Positions 63,329 through 64,000 of a stretch of 64,000 bases of DNA are shown here, in pieces. Source of the DNA: Nitrospirota bacterium (GTDB lineage: Bacteria > Nitrospirota > Nitrospiria > Nitrospirales > NS-4); NCBI GenBank assembly GCA_963788195.1, contig CAWBGA010000013.1:64001-128000 (forward strand), in the 5' to 3' direction. The position numbers and the translations under genes were made by a program. A model generated the notes under the pieces. That model ran no database searches, had not been told where the DNA came from, and saw only the letters and a list, made by a program, of their open reading frames with translations. The stretch's first letter is position 1. Each line of letters begins with the position of its first letter.

Positions 63329-63801
63329 AACGCTTTCATATCCATGTTGGAGTGGAAAACCTTGATGAATCTATCCGCTTTTACAGTGGGCTGTTCGGCG
63401 CGCAGCCGGTAAAAACGAAACCTGACTATGCCAAGTGGTTGCTGGACGACCCCCGCGTTAACTTCGCCATATCCACACGTGCGAAGACAAAGGGCGTCGA
63501 TCACCTTGGTATTCAGGTCGATGAAGACGCCGAATTGATAGAGTTGCGCGAACGCCTGAAGGTCGCCGACATGACCATTGTCGATGAAGGCGAAACGGTT
63601 TGCTGTTACGCCCGGTCTGAAAAATCGTGGATCCAAGATCCCGCCGGCATTCCATGGGAAGCATACCGAACGATGGAGGACGCCCAGCTATTCTCCGCTC
63701 AGCCCGATCAGGCTGAGAGTGCGTGCTGTACGCCCGAGACGATGGGAGAGCCTGACTGCTGTGAACCTTCTGAGAAAACCGCGGGGTGCTGCAACGGATG
63801 A
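63325..63801 (+). CDS. arsI: ArsI/CadI glyoxalase-fold organoarsenical lyase
   Basis: RFHIHV, YAKW, HLGIQV and CCYARSEKSW..DP.G..WE motifs. Confidence 0.85.
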   Translation: MKRFHIHVGVENLDESIRFYSGLFGAQPVKTKPDYAKWLLDDPRVNFAISTRAKTKGVDHLGIQVDEDAELIELRERLKVADMTIVDEGETVCCYARSEKSWIQDPAGIPWEAYRTMEDAQLFSAQPDQAESACCTPETMGEPDCCEPSEKTAGCCNG

Positions 63802-64000
63802 AGTCCGATCCCCTCAGAGTGCTGGTCCTGTGCACGGGTAATTCATGCCGCTCCATCATGGCTGAAGCTTTGATTAATGATCTCGGCCGTGGCCGGTACC
63901 GGGGCTGGAGCGCCGGAAGTTCTCCGGCAGGATATGTTCACCCAAAATCTATTGAGACCTTAAAACGAAATGGCATTGATCCCGGTCAGCCACGGAGCAA
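63798..64000 (+). CDS. arsC: Arsenate reductase (LMW-PTPase type), truncated by window end
   Basis: VLVLCTGNSCRSIMAEA...SAGS motif. Confidence 0.9.
   Translation, partial: MKSDPLRVLVLCTGNSCRSIMAEALINDLGRGRYRGWSAGSSPAGYVHPKSIETLKRNGIDPGQPRS

Overview
A GC-rich (roughly 60% by eye) Gram-negative bacterial chromosome segment. It is probably Nitrospirota/Nitrospira-like, inferred from gene content (hpnR, Slp lipoprotein, DUF748, PEP-CTERM, Tol-Pal style) and not verified. Many genes, including essential ones (tyrS, recG, tolR, tolA, pal, mutL, miaA, modC), are split by single-base indels, which is typical of an unpolished long-read assembly rather than real decay. Core blocks: lpdA-comEA-tyrS-macro domain; rpmB/recG; xerD-tRNA-Val-tRNA-Asp-tolQRAB-pal-two cpoB-mutL-miaA-mtnP-pfkB-TPR-rodZ-cdd. 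Accessory blocks: (i) 2.5-11.3 kb around tRNA-Gly(CCC), with a decayed second tRNA-Gly copy, a PEP-CTERM beta-propeller, a GH19-like lysin, an orphan Ku with an insertion, several unannotated small ORFs and a modular dispersed repeat family that forms long inverted arms around two micro-ORFs; (ii) hpnR, a peroxiredoxin, a REP-like-palindrome-flanked DUF3047 gene, a disulfide oxidoreductase, TVP38 and DUF748; (iii) a pseudo-receiver/non-canonical LuxR-solo pair between a glucosidase gene and a relic of its paralog; (iv) an RND-MFP-USP-TolC operon; (v) a porin-modABC-regulator-molbindin cluster followed by arsR-arsI-arsC. No CRISPR, reverse transcriptase, transposase or prophage structural genes were seen. 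The best candidates for something undescribed are a dedicated molybdate/tungstate porin module, an elongated Tol-Pal/CpoB apparatus, the inverted-repeat-flanked micro-ORF cassette and the atypical LuxR/pseudo-receiver switch.
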